The notes: generated from the sequence alone by a model not told the origin. DNA of 64,000 nt from Octopus sinensis (GCF_006345805.1 NC_043001.1:98332001-98396000); one strand, 5' to 3'. Shown: positions 12,411 to 26,147, counted from the stretch's first letter. A program made the numbers and translations.

Positions 12411-12569
12411 CCGTTTTTAAATACATACATACATACATATACATTTTATCCTTTCAAGCCCGGATTAAGACCTATAGAGGCCCAAAACACTTAAAAGGTG
12501 TTGGTGCCCTCAAGTACATGTAAATGGTTCAAAATGTAAAACAAAAATAATTCAAAATATAAACGATAA

Positions 12570-12952
12570 TCTCTCTATATATAAACGGCAGTTTGTCTGT
12601 GTGTGTTTCTGTGTGTCTGTTTGGTTGTACCCTCACCCTGACCACGGCTTTCAACCGATTCTGATGAAACTTGACACACACATAGCCCAATGTCATAATT
12701 CAAAACTAACGCAGCGAAAATTTTGAAAAGTTCCCCCAGTTCTGAAAAAAATCGATAAATTCGACATGGGGTCGAGAATCAGAAACACAAACCACAGACT
12801 GTCTAGGGGACGCAACTCGACCTTTTTTAACTAAAAAAAAATTTACCATCATTTTTTTCCCATTTTTTTGCTATTTTTTGGCTATAACTCTCTAAAAATG
12901 CTTTATAGTTATTTCCCTTACAAACCTGAGCAACGCCGGGCGATACTGCTAG
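12570..12952 (+). mobile_element. Non-autonomous Helitron-like element, complete
   Basis: A|TC start, cctgagcaacgccggg hairpin, CTAG|T end, no TSD. Confidence 0.85.
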
Positions 12953-13129
12953 TAAACCATATAAATAAATTTTTACTTTACAAAATGAAACAAAACTAAC
13001 AGTGGTTGCCCTGAAGCTATAGTAGAAGACATTTGCCCAATGTACCAACAACACAGTAAGACTGAAGCCGGAACCACGTGGTTGGGTGGTATGCTTCTTG
13101 TCATACAGACATACTTGCACCCTTAGGTT

Positions 13130-13206
<77 letters not shown>

Positions 13207-13217
13207 ATGTGTATGTA

Positions 13218-13250
<33 letters not shown>

Positions 13251-13363
13251 GTGTGTGTGTGTTACGTCCTATGTAAACAAACAAGTTTGTTTTCGAAGCG
13301 TTGAAATGTATTGTAGAACAAGTAAGAAAAATAAATTTTATTCAACGCGTAAATACTGAACAG

Positions 13364-13430
<67 letters not shown>

Positions 13431-13470
13431 ATATGTGTGTGTGTGTATATATATATATATAATATATATA

Positions 13471-13596
13471 TAATAGAAATATAAAATTACTAAGTTTCTC
13501 TAAAGGAGATTACGGCAGCGTTACTGGAAATTAATAGTTATCGCCATACTTATATGGCAGTCTTATATTTATAAGACTGCCATATAAGTATGGCGA

Positions 13597-13603
<7 letters not shown>
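13471..13603. mobile_element. Collapsed fold-back derivative of the 53683-54208 element
   Basis: 13471-13560 resembles the reverse complement of about 54115-54208. It ends in a near-perfect palindrome atagttatcgcc...ggcgataactat and is flanked by (TA)n. Confidence 0.75.
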
Positions 13604-13640
<37 letters not shown>

Positions 13641-13673
13641 TAAGAAAGTTTGTTTGGTAAAGCACGTGGGTGA

Positions 13674-14367
13674 ATATATAAGAAAATAGTAAAGTGTGAA
13701 AAAACGACAGAAGGCTTAAATGTTAAAAAATATATATATTTGTGTCAAAATGTCTGGAGAATATTGGAAAAATTTTTTTTTTTTTTTTTTTTCCTTTCCT
13801 TAAAATGACATAATTTTAAAATTTTTAAAGAAATTACCGGTTTCGCGTGTAGCTTTTCAAATTTCTTGTGACGTTATGTTTATATTGCATGGAGTTATCG
13901 TTGTTTTTATTTCCAGGAGATTTCTAAATAAGGGGAGGTAGTGAGTGATTTCTTCCGGTGTAAGGGAGATAATCGCTTAAAAATTTTTGTACAAACCCAG
14001 ACTCAACCATCCTAACATACTGACACAGAGAAATTAACAAGGAAAAAGGAAAAAAAAATTTTAAGCGATTATATCCCTTACACCGGAAGAAATCACTCAC
14101 TACCTCCCCTTATTTAGAAATCTCCTGGAAATAAAAACAACGATAACTCCATGCAATATAAACATAACGTCACAAGAAATTTGAAAAGCTACACGCGAAA
14201 CCGGTAATTTCTTTAAAAATTTTAAAATTATGTCATTTTAAGGAAAGGAAAAAAAAAAAAAAAAAAAAATTTTCCAATATTCTCCAGACATTTTGACACA
14301 AATATATATATTTTTTAACATTTAAGCCTTCTGTCGTTTTTTCACACTTTACTATTTTCTTATATAT
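13674..14367. repeat. Near-perfect inverted repeat of about 310 bp (spacer about 70 bp) in (TA)n; each arm has a minimal hammerhead
   Basis: 13674-13985 is nearly the reverse complement of 14056-14367. Confidence 0.9.
14174..14213 (+). ncRNA. Minimal type I hammerhead, U3-A8 variant; mirror copy at 13828-13867 on the minus strand
   Basis: aagaaat-TTGAAAA-gc-tacac-gc-GAAAC-cg-GTA-atttctt. 7-bp stem I and palindromic ACCGGT stem III. Confidence 0.7.
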
Positions 14368-14506
14368 ATATATATTATATATATATATATTATATATATA
14401 CAGGATTAAATAAAAGGATTTTATCCTATATATATATATATATATATAATATATATATATATACAGTTCAGAATTTACGTGTTGAATAAAATTTATCTTC
14501 TACTTG

Positions 14507-14620
<114 letters not shown>

Positions 14621-14686
14621 ATCTTTATGTATGTATGTATGTATGTATTATGTATGTATGTATGTATGTATGTATGTATGTATGTA

Positions 14687-14915
14687 CAGGTTTGGACAAA
14701 AGTCACTCAGCAGTAAATCAAAACTATTTAATTCCGAGAATTATGTTTAACAACTGAATGAATTTAGTAATAACATCTAAATATGAAACATCATGGAAAT
14801 TGTTCAAACTAAAGTCTTTCTTGAGCGACACATTTTTCCATTCGAGTCAATACAGAATTACAGATACTATTTATGGACATTTGATTTACTGTCGGGTGAC
14901 TTTTGACCAAACCTC
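14687..14915. mobile_element. Tc1/mariner-type MITE
   Basis: TIRs caggtttggacaaaagtcac and gtgacttttgaccaaacctc, flanked by TA. Confidence 0.75.
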
Positions 14916-14929
14916 TACACACATATATT

Positions 14930-15350
14930 ACTCTTTACTCTTTTACTTGTTTCACTCATTTGAGTGTGGCCATGCTGGAGCACCGCCTTTAGTCGAGCAA
15001 ACCGACCCTCAGGACTTATTCTTTGTAAGCCTAGTGCTTATTCTATCGGGCTGTTTTGCCGAACCGCTAAGTTACGGGGACATAAACACACCAGCATCGG
15101 TTGTCAAGCGATGTTGGAGGGATAAACACAGACACACAAACATATATATATACACGTACATATATAGATATATACATATATACATATATACGACGGGGTT
15201 CTTTCAGTTTCCGTCTACCAAATCCATTCACAAGGCTTAGGTCGGCCCGAGGCTATAGTAGAGGACACTTGCCCAAGATGGCACGCAGTGGGATTGAACC
15301 CGGAACCATGTGGCTGGTAAGCAAGCTACTTACCTCACAGCCACTCTTGC
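14930..15350 (-). mobile_element. Full-length SINE B
   Basis: Reverse-complement match to 55228-55638. Confidence 0.85.
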
Positions 15351-15359
15351 GCTAGTATA

Positions 15360-15361
15360 TC

Positions 15362-15435
<74 letters not shown>

Positions 15436-15877
15436 TCAGATATTGATATTTCAGCACATTCAAATCTGGTATTTATGTTTGTGGAAAAAGAAATATATAT
15501 CTTGTATACGTACACCACGTTAGTCTCTAGAAAGCAATGTCCTTTTAACAAAGAAATTCTTGTGTTCTGAAGCAATATCAGAGAAATCTCTTGCTACAGA
15601 ATTTAATGTTCCGTTTAGGAATACCAGAATTTGAACTCATAAAACAAATGCCAGCAGTTTAGTAATTAATACGTTTGAATATTTCTTCACGTCAGCTCAA
15701 ACACACAGACACACACATACACACACACACGCACACGCACGGACACATACACATACAAGTACTAGCCAACACACATATATACTATATATACTCACTATAT
15801 ACTCACATACGTGCGACTGTACATATACATAGGGACACATAACGATGTAGAAGTGGTAACTTGTGGCCATTCATATA

Positions 15878-15944
<67 letters not shown>

Positions 15945-16343
15945 ATATATATGTATATATATATACATACATATGTATGTATATATATATGCGTAAAAAT
16001 ATATATATGTGCATATATATATGTATATATATATATATATGTGTGTGTGCGTATATATATATATTATATATATAAATATCTGTGTGTGTGTGTGTGCATA
16101 TATAACAGCATATGTGCACGTAATGTTTTAAGTACATGTAAATATATGTATACATACATACGTGTATATACATATATGTCTGTTTGTGTGTGTGTGTGTG
16201 TGGTGTGCGAGTCTGTGTATATGTGTGTGTGTATACACACACACACACACACACATATATATACCACTTGACTTAGACCTTTCGATACATTTGTATTTGC
16301 GTGTATATACGTGCACGCGTGTGTGCGTGTGTGTGTGCGTTCT

Positions 16344-16377
<34 letters not shown>

Positions 16378-16712
16378 TGTGTGTGTGTGTGTGTGTGTGT
16401 ACACTACGCAGACACAGACATCAGGAAGTACGCTCAGTTGTAATCAATTTATCTAGTATATTCAGTACCTTCACATAAAAATGTATGTTCACCCGTAAGA
16501 TAATTAATCTGTTGGAGCAGAACAATTTTTCAATCGACTTTCTCTCACTTGGAAAGATACATTAACTGCTCACTACCATTTAAAACACATATTGACAAAC
16601 AGAGCCAGTCAAACACAGACATACGCACACCACGCCTATATGGCCAAGTCGCTCCTCACTATCACTTTCTGTGTGTGTATATATATACACACATATATAT
16701 ATACACATATGC

Positions 16713-16747
<35 letters not shown>

Positions 16748-16838
16748 TGTATATACGTTTATCTGTTCCTACACCTCTTTTTCTGCAACTATGTATTAAT
16801 GAATTTATCACACCATCGATCACGTTTCGCATATGTAC

Positions 16839-16898
<60 letters not shown>

Positions 16899-17001
16899 TA
16901 TATACATACATACATATATATATGTGTATGTACATACATACATATATATATATTTATATAAACATACATATATATATATGTATGTACATACATACATACA
17001 T

Positions 17002-17046
<45 letters not shown>

Positions 17047-17720
17047 GACATACATACATGCAGATATATATATATATATATATATATATTTATGTATATA
17101 TGCTTGTGTCTTTATATATGTACACACGCACGCACACATACACACGTGCATACATGGTTATATAACTATGTATACTTACAAAACAGATTCAAAAGTGCAC
17201 GTAAGCACACAATCATGAATGTATTATGTGTATGTAGGTATGCATGTATGTATGTATGTATGTATGTATGTATGTATGTATGTATGTATGTGTGTGTGTG
17301 TCTGTATGTGTAAATATGTTCACACACATACATTTGTACTTATAATCGATGTACATACATACGTACATCCTAATATAGACATACGTATTTACAAGGTTGT
17401 CTGCGCATGTATGCTTATGTAAAGGTATATATTGAGTGAGACATATACACATACATAATATACCTCTAATCACGAATATGTGTATGTGTGAGTGTATGTG
17501 TATGTGTGTGTGTGTGTATGTGCGTGTGTATTTGTGTGCTTATGAATTTATGTTTGTGTTTTTATATAAACATGTTTATAAATTTATATCTGTATGTGTA
17601 TTTATACCTTGCTCCACACACATATGGACACACAATTATGTACGTATGTATGTATGTATGTATGTATGTATGTATGTATTTATGTATAAACATAAACGTG
17701 TGTATGTCCATGAATGTTAT
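15360..17720. repeat. Compound (CA)/(TA)/(TATG) microsatellite field
   Basis: Direct inspection. Similar fields at 28600-29810, 46440-46920, 55640-56510 and 62550-62790. Confidence 0.9.
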
Positions 17721-18209
17721 TGGAATAAACCCATACACGTACAAATGTCGCACACTTCCTGCTTTGAACATTTTAGAAACAAACAGAAGTGGTTAATCAC
17801 CTGACCATATCTATCTTGTCTAGATTCATCTGCTTATTCCTCTTCAACGGTCATAGCCTGATTGCCAAATAGCCTGACCTCGTCTTAGAAAACCTTTCAT
17901 TTCGGTGCCCTTTCACACCGCAAACCATCGATAAATGATCAGAAAGTTGGCTGAAAGTAACGCTTGCGTTACCTACATTAATGTTTTGTCTCCGCTACTT
18001 CATCCGCCACTAAATCCTTTAAATATGATCGTATTAAACAGTTCCACATTTTTGTCATTGCCTTTAAAAGCAGTTTATATATGTATACCGGTTTGTGGTA
18101 CGTCCGTCCATCTTTTACTATTCAGAATACAAATATATTAGAAATTTTGATATTAAGCTTGGCCTGTTAGGCCGATACGTGCATGCATGCATACATACAT
18201 ACATGTAAA

Positions 18210-18468
18210 AATAAAATAAATGCGCCCTTTTAAAGCCTAGCCAGGCTCATGGGCCCGATTTCCCGGTTTCTATGGCGTATGTGTTCCCCAGCTGGACGGG
18301 ACGCCAGTCCATCGCAACGTTACTCATTTTTGCCAGCTGAGTGGACTGGAGCAACGTGAAATGAAGTGTTTTGCTCAAGAATACAACACGTCTCCCGGTT
18401 CAGGAATCGAAACCACAATCTTACGATCATGGTGCTGACACCCTAACCACTGAGTCACGCGTTTCCAC
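18210..18468 (-). mobile_element. tRNA-derived SINE family D
   Basis: Near-identical to 30597-30849; ggactggcgtcccgtccag central block. Confidence 0.85.
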
Positions 18469-18573
18469 ACACTTGAAATTAATCCCAATGTAATCGGTGA
18501 AACTAAGCACGTGTCTGCTTTTATACGGAAAACTGGTGGTTAGTTTTACAAATTATATTACTTGTGGAACGAT

Positions 18574-18646
18574 CGCACTGACTAGCCTACGGACGAGGGA
18601 TTACGTAAGTGATTCATTAGTTAATAGGCGAAACCGCCGGTCTGCG
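18574..18646 (+). ncRNA. Type I hammerhead fold with G8U substitution, probably inactive
   Basis: cgca-CTGACTA-gccta...taggc-GAAAC-cgccg-GTC-tgcg. All three stems pair. Confidence 0.65.
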
Positions 18647-18828
18647 TTTAATTCTTGTTTTTTTTATATAATTTTCATCTGTCTTGCCCGCATATTGTTC
18701 TGGTGTCCGCTGAATTTTTCTCTAGAGAACATTCTTTTCTTTGTAGTTTGATCGTTGGTGATCTACTTCTAGCATACGGCTGACCACTTAGTGGTATTTT
18801 AGCCCTTTAAATACACAGACACACACAG

Positions 18829-18860
<32 letters not shown>

Positions 18861-18890
18861 ACACAGACATACACATATATATATATATAT

Positions 18891-18972
18891 AAATTTGTCG
18901 TCTCTCATGGTGCTGTATGAACTTTTAATTGGTTTCAGAGTCAAGTTTTGGCTGCTATTTCAAGCGTGGTGG

Positions 18973-19004
<32 letters not shown>

Positions 19005-19240
19005 TAATTAGGACATCTAAGAGATACCACCACGCTTGAAATAGCAGCCAAAACTTGACTCTGAAACCAAATTAAAAGTTCATACAACACCAGGAGAGAC
19101 GACAAATTTTCTTTTTCTAGTTCATTATGTCCCTTTGTTTTCTCTCCTGGTCCTGTATGAACTTTTAATGTAGTTTTAGAGTCACGTTTTGGCTGCTATT
19201 TCAAGCGTGGTGGTATCTCTTAGATGCCCTAAATTATAAT
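18891..19240. repeat. Three copies of an 85-110 bp segment in +/-/+ orientation around (TA)n
   Basis: 18891-18974 (+), 19001-19108 (-) and 19140-19240 (+) share tgtatgaacttttaat...ttttggctgctatttcaagcgtggtggta. Confidence 0.8.
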
Positions 19241-19303
19241 TTTAATAATAATTATTCCCATGCTGGTCACTTGATAAGATGGATATTTAAATAACGGTGT
19301 AAT

Positions 19304-19344
<41 letters not shown>

Positions 19345-19349
19345 TCTAT

Positions 19350-19436
19350 AATTGGCTGATGAGTGCTCAGCATTTTAAAACTGTTGTAGTACAACATTTA
19401 ATAAAATGATGTAGTACGAAACGATCGTACTAAATT
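19350..19436 (+). ncRNA. Type I hammerhead ribozyme with intact catalytic core
   Basis: aattgg-CTGATGA-gtgct..catttta/taaaatg..agtac-GAAAC-gatc-GTA-ctaaatt, in a 126-bp island between two (TA)n tracts. Confidence 0.8.
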
Positions 19437-19466
19437 ACCGGAGTCATTCCTGTTGCTTATTTTGCG

Positions 19467-19498
<32 letters not shown>

Positions 19499-20264
19499 GA
19501 GGAAAATTAGAGCTCAAAATATGAGTATGTGCATATTTTCTTTTTATTTATATTTGGCCGAAACAACAGAATAACTCTCGGCCCTTGAACGACTCTGTTT
19601 CTTCTGCAAAATATTAGTATATACGTATTATTATTACCGTTGCTGTAGTTGCTGTTATCTAACTTGTAACGCTGATGTGATTACAATTTCTTGTCTCAAA
19701 TATCGTGTAGGTGTTGCCCGTTTAACCCAAGCCTAAACCTGTCGTAGTCGCGTTGTTCCTGTTGGATATATTGTATACAGACTTACATAAGTAAATGTGT
19801 TTATTTTAAAGACAGAAAGCTTCGGTATGAAGATAATTTGGCTCAATTTCTCGTAGTCAAGCAACCGTATAAAGACATCTACATGAGCTCGCGTAGCATT
19901 ACTACAAATGCATGTTGTTTGTTCAGTTAGAAATTGCAATTATTAGGTACTTTCTTTAAAAAGGCAACGAAATACGCGTATCAAAAATCATTTTTCTTTT
20001 TACTATATGCACAACACCTGAAATTTCGGAGAAGGGGGTCTAGACAATGATATTGATCCCCGTACTCAACTGAAACTTATTTCATCGACCCAGAAAAGTT
20101 GAAAAGTAAAGTCGACATCAGTGGAATTTGAACACAGAACGTAAAGCCGGAAGAAATGCCGCTCAGTATTTTGTCTGGTCTGCTAACGATTGTGCCTTAG
20201 ACGAATCCAAAATAATATAGTTCAGGAAACGCTGTATAATACATAAAAGAGATCAGAATGATCT

Positions 20265-20682
20265 CGGCGGCGGGCTGGCAGAAACGTTAGCACGTCGGGC
20301 GAAATGCTGGGCGGTATTTCGTCTGCCGCTACGTTCTGAGTTCAAATTCCGCCGAGGTCGACTTTACCCTTCATCCTTTCGGGATCGATTAAATAAGTAC
20401 CAGTTACGCACTGGAGTCGATATAATCGACTTAATACCTATGTCTGTCCTTGTTTGCCCTCTCTGTGTTTAGCCCTTTGTGGGTAGTAAAGAAATAGGTA
20501 TTTCGTCTACCGTTACGTTCTGAGTTCAAATTTCGCCAAGGTTGACTTTGCCTTTCATCCTTTCGGTGTCGATAAATAAAGTACCAGTTACGCACTGGGG
20601 TCGATGTAACTGACTTAATCCGTTTGTCTGTCCTTATTTGTCCCCTCTGTGTTTAGCCTCTTGTGGGTAATAAAGAAATAAG
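20265..20682 (+). mobile_element. SINE A dimer with probable TSD agaatgatc; an older inverted copy lies at 20000-20200
   Basis: Head ggcggcgggctggcagaaacgttagcacg and two tails ending gtgggtaRtaaagaaata. Confidence 0.85.
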
Positions 20683-21937
20683 AATGATCCGGTTTCAACA
20701 TCTTTTATAAAAGGACAGTTCAGTAAGGTCGGATTGATTATCAATGTCTTTGATTAAGATATAATTATATCCAGGAGTCTGGTATCTTAGATACATATGT
20801 CTCCCGCCATTTGTAAGTCAGTGGGGTGTGACATGATGAATATTTGCCTGTAGTTGTTAGCAGATCGGACAACTACATAGAGACCTTCCTGTGACTGGAT
20901 ATGTCTTTTGTTGTTGAGTTCTGTAGGTTTTCGAAAGATCCTTGGGAAAACAACGTCAGCTGTTGCTTTATATTTCTAGAGTTTATTTGCTATGTAACCA
21001 ACGGTTTTATTTTCATGCAGGTGTCTTAGTAATGAGGAGTAATATCCCTACAAAAATAATTCAGTCGCTGTTTTTGCTGGCGCAAATAGGTAGAAGATTC
21101 ATATAATGCATACAAAAAACCGGTAAGTATTTGTAACCTATTGGTATAGTATAGGAGCACTCCGTCGGTTGCGACGAGGGTCCCAGCTGATACGATCAAC
21201 GGAAAAGCTTGCTCGTGAAATTAACGTGTAAGTGACTGAGTACAAACACTTGTACCCTTAACGTAGTTCTCGGGGAGTATCAGCGTGACACAGTGTGTGA
21301 CAAGGCTGGCCCTTTGAAATACAGGTACTACTCATTTTTGCCAGCCGAGTGGACTGGAGCAACGTGAAATAAAGTGTCTTGTTCAAGGACACAAACGCGT
21401 CGCCGGGAATTGAACTCACGACCTTACGATCATGAACCGAATGTCCCTAACCACTAAGCCACGCGCCGTCACATTGGCACAGTAATTGGGAATGACGTGT
21501 TCCACAAATATTTGGGTCTTTAGAGTATCACTGTAAAAATTATCATTATCACGCCGTATATCTTGAATGCAAAGTATTTCTATGCGGCGGCGACGGGAAG
21601 GTGTGAATTCATTGACGTATACCGTCCAGGACAGAAGATCAGTGTAAGGCGTAAAGTTAATTAACGCATACGAAAGAATAAGTGGTATGCAATTAGCTTC
21701 ATAAGCTGTTTCGTCTACATAGGGACTGTGCACAGCAGAGTGCTAGTGCGGCATCTTATCACTTATTCAGAGCCTTTTCATCAGATGCATTCTTACTGTA
21801 ACAAGCCATAGCACTTCTGCCACGGAGCAGACTCACGAAAGACATCGTCTACGTGAACGTTAAATATACTTTGTTGTTAGTCTAGCGTTTTATCGATTTA
21901 TAAAGGTGGAGTTTTGTCTATGTATGCGGTTACATAT

Positions 21938-22510
21938 GTGGATGCACGTGGCTTAGCGGTTAGGGTGTTGAACTCATGATCGTAAGGTTGTGGTTTCGAT
22001 TCCTGGACTGGGCGATGCGTTGTGTTCTTGAGCAAAACACTTCATTTTTCACGTTGCTCCAGTCCACTCAGCTGGCAAAAATGAGCAATCCCGCGACGGA
22101 CCGGCGTCCCGTCCAGGTGGGGAATTTCTACGCCACTGAAACCGGGAAACCGGCCCTTATGAGCCTGGCATGGCTCGAGAAGGAACATTTATTTTCTGCG
22201 ACGGACCGGCGTCCCGTCCAGGTGGGGAACCTAGACGCCAAGGGAACCGGGAAACCGGCCCTTATGAGCCTGGCATGGCTTGAGAAGGAACATTTATTTC
22301 CTGCGACGGACTGGCGTCCCGTCCAGGTGGGGAACCTAGACGCCAAGGGAACCGGGAAACCGACCCTTATGTGCCTGGCATGGCTTGAGAAGGAACATTT
22401 ATTTCCTGCGACGGACCGGCGTCCCGTCCAGGTGGGGAACCTAGACGCTAAGGGAACCGGGAAACCGGCCCTTAATGAGCCGGGCGTGGCTCGGGAAGGA
22501 ACAAATAACA
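21938..22510 (+). mobile_element. SINE D whose 3' 105 bp is repeated 4 times in tandem
   Basis: Units start near 22091, 22196, 22301 and 22406. This explains the 35-aa repeat in ORF 21976..22542. Confidence 0.85.
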
Positions 22511-22944
22511 ACAACAATGCAGATAGACATACACTCACATAAACATTTCTAAAAGTACACTGAATAATGTGGCACTGAGAGCTTACATAGGGTCTTTATT
22601 TATATTAAATGAATTCGATTAACACAATTTGGTGATTGGTGTCTTTATGAATCGTATAAAATATTTGGTCAACTTTATGAGAGAAAAAAAGAAAAGATGA
22701 AGATAAATGGAATAAATAAGGATTCCTAGGATTACACAAGAACTACAAGTTCTTTGTATTTTCACAACGGTGAAGTGACTGCGTGGTCCCACGATGTGTT
22801 AGAGTTGTTAAATTTCCCTGAAACCAGTCAATTAGCTTATAAAATAAAGGATTCGTTGAACATTAAACAATCATATTTAAAAAAAAAGACATGGTGTTAA
22901 GGACTGGAAGGATTTTGTGTATCATAGCTTAGTCGGACTAATCG

Positions 22945-23074
22945 TCATCATAACCATCATATCGTCATCTTCACCCGCAGCACCTCCCACCTCCTCCTCC
23001 TCCTCATCATCATCACCACCACCACCATCATCATCATCACCATCACCATCATCAGCATCACCACCATCACCACC

Positions 23075-23108
<34 letters not shown>

Positions 23109-23313
23109 TCATCATATCATCATCATCATCACCACCACCACCTTCATCATCACCACCATCATCACCATCACCATTACCACTATCACCACCATCATCACCA
23201 TCACCACCATCATTACCATCTTCATCACCACCATCATCATCACCATCGTCGTTATCCTCCTCCTTCACGACGACGAATACTACCACCACCACCACCACCA
23301 CCACCACCACCAC
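22945..23313 (+). repeat. (CAT/CAC)n trinucleotide low-complexity tract
   Basis: Direct inspection. Confidence 0.9.
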
Positions 23314-24134
23314 TTTCTATGTAGAGAAGATAAAGCTGTATGGATTCTATGATATGTGACGTTTATTATCTGTTAAGTTTTAATAAGTTCTCGTCAGTTG
23401 TCGAATACTGTCAATACTTATATTTGCGAATTGTTCTGCGCTTTGATTTATCTCGCTCTGAGCTCTATATTCATATTAGATCATATGAAAGAAGGTCGTT
23501 TTGAGATTGAAACCTTAACTTTAAAATCCTAATTGATGCCCTACTAATTGTCTTTGAATATTAAATGTATCTTTTGTGAAACCATATATTCACGAATCGA
23601 CTTGAACACGATTTTATACAATACACATATTCATTAAAAGTTGCCTACTCCATAATTTGTTGTTCGTTCTTATTGATGAATACCGGCACGTATTCTTAAG
23701 CAAGCATTTGCGGCAATCCTTCATTGTGCGATTGAATAGAAGCCTTTTCTTATTTCATTTTCGCATCAGTTCAGTAGCAGTTGGAATTTCCTGACTAATG
23801 ATGTTATGGTTTCAACTTCAGAAATCAATAAGATGGTCAAGTTACACATGAGCGAGCAAAGTTTATGATTCTTACAACCGCCACTGTGGTGAAAACAATA
23901 ATTAAACGAGTAAAGATTTACAATTAGCAATCTATTGTATCATTTGAAGACGAGCTAATTACAACTAGACTAATCTAAGCAAACCTTAACAAATATATAT
24001 GGGCAATTGTTAATAAATTTTACAACCAATGAGGAAGAATTGTGCTTGATATAATAATACATAAGCATAGTATATGACTGTATTTAGTAGTGCCATTGAG
24101 AATTCATAGAAGTTTCGTGGGAATATGGAATTTA

Positions 24135-24401
24135 CAAGCGGTCCCCAACAATCCCGCATGTAGAGACATCTTGTTTGCTGCAGATTGTCCGCAGACGCAG
24201 GGACAGAACGACCGAGGAGCCGCCGGTTGCCGAAACAGACACTACGTAGGTGGTCGGCCTGCGCCGATGGAACCATGACTGGCTCGCTATCTCCAGTGAA
24301 CTGGCGCAGTGGGTTGCCATGGTTCAAGATGCCTCGAGGGTGCTAGAAGAAGCCGACTCAACCCGCCCAGGGTGAATGTCGCCACGAGTACAAGTAAGTA
24401 T
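24135..24401 (+). mobile_element. 3' end of an RTE-clade LINE
   Basis: One frame reads RRWNHDWLAISSELAQWVAMVQDASRVLEEADSTRPG*, followed by a short UTR and a gtacaagtaagta tail, as recalled for RTE termini. Confidence 0.65.
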
Positions 24402-24979
24402 ACTATATGACTGTAGAGCAACAGATTACCTCCCAGCCCGCCTGGATTTTTCTCCTTGCAGATATAATGCCGTCCTATATTTCATAAACTTCAGATAATA
24501 ATCATATCAGGGATATTAAATATTTGTTAGACAATATTAAAATTTAAAAGGCGTAGAGTTGCTCAAGGAATGGTAGCACGTAGATACATACATAGATGCA
24601 TATATTCTTATATTAACGCTAAACCGAAGATTTACATCTGTAGTAACATATAAAACCTGGATTGCAACATTTGAGTCACATATCCATCAACGAAACAAAA
24701 TCAGCAGCTATTATGAAACATCTTGTTGAAGTTTGCCGGCATGAATATACAACAGCTAGTAGGATAGCCAATGGACTTTAGCAGAAACATAATGCTCTCT
24801 TTTTCAAGTATCCTTGGATCCTTTAGCGCTTTCTTCCGAAGGATGCTTGGGAAAATGCTACAGAACGCAACAATAAAAGAAAGGTCAAGCTACAGAGGAA
24901 TCGTCAAATAGTCGCTTGATTTGTAAATAATATCAACCAAACATTCATCGAATTATATCTGTCTTCAAAAGGAAACATA

Positions 24980-25879
24980 CGAGATGCGTTCAAAAGGTAT
25001 CCAACCTTTGGGAATAAAAAAGAACAATTTTAACATTTCACAATTTTTATGTAATCACCTTCAAACTACTGCCCTTGGGAGTTCACATACTTCTGCCAGC
25101 GGTTCTGCCACTGCTGGTAACATCTCTGGAACGTCATCCCTGGAATGCTATGGAGCTCTGCCGTCAATTTTCTCTTAACTTCCTCTCGAGACTCAAATCG
25201 CTTCCCTTTCAGCGTCGTTTTCAGTTTGTGTGAAGAGCCAGAAGTCACACAGTGCCGTAAGGGGTAAGTAGAGGACCTGTTGAACAAATGGTGTGTAGTT
25301 CTTGACCAGGAAAACATGGACTATGTGGTGCGTTCACCGACAATCTCCGCACACGAAAATCCCCCGTTAAAAGGGAGCATACATGTTCCCACTTCGTGAG
25401 TAATTTTCTGGATTGTCACGTAACGGTGTCCCATGACTATTCACCGAACTTTCTCAATCGGCTCCTCGTATCTGATTGTGGATGGCCTGCCTGAGCGTGC
25501 CTCACTCCCCACTGAGGTGCAACCATGTTTGAAACGGTTGTACAGCTCCTTGATCTGAGTTTTGCCCATAGTATCATCGCCAAAGTCCTGCTGAATCTTC
25601 TGGATGGTTTAATTTGAGTATCAATAAGCTTTTTGCAAAAACTTTACGGCATATCTCTATTCGATGCTTTTGGTCATCTTGCGGAAAATGAAAATCTGAC
25701 GAGCACACACTACAAATCTGTATTCTAGGTCTTACAGCCTGAAACTGATGAGGCATACCGGCGCAAAAAATTTCAATCTTGCGCGGGAAGAGTGGCGTCA
25801 CCTACCAGCTAAAGTATTTTACCCCGCAGCGCTAGTTTTTGCGGGAAAATAACGTCGGATATATTTTGAACACACCTCG
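24980..25879 (-). mobile_element. Internally deleted mariner transposon
   Basis: Imperfect TIRs cgagatgcgttcaaaaggtatcc and ggatatattttgaacacacctcg with flanking TA. Transposase C-terminus KLKTTLKGKRFESREEV...FQRCYQQWQNRWQKYVNSQG. Confidence 0.85.
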
Positions 25880-26147
25880 TATGTCCTGGGTTTATTATAC
25901 GTTAACTAAAATCCTGCGTATATTACACCTTAATCAAAAACAATGTTGATGCTGGATCTAATTGTACTCAGTAAGGGTAACCTTGGGTTTAAGCCCTACC
26001 ATCCACAAAAAACTTGAACTACCTGCAGAATCCTTACATGGCAGCTTGACCTTCTAAAGATAGATGCCGAATGTAAAATCTGCTGACTAATAAATGGGAG
26101 TCATTTGGATGATGTCTGCGTTATGAATGAAAAATGGATGGTCATAA

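Noticed and set aside
22917-23324. Poly-Ser/Pro/His ORF
   Set aside because: It is a (CAT/CAC)n tract with no splice or domain support.
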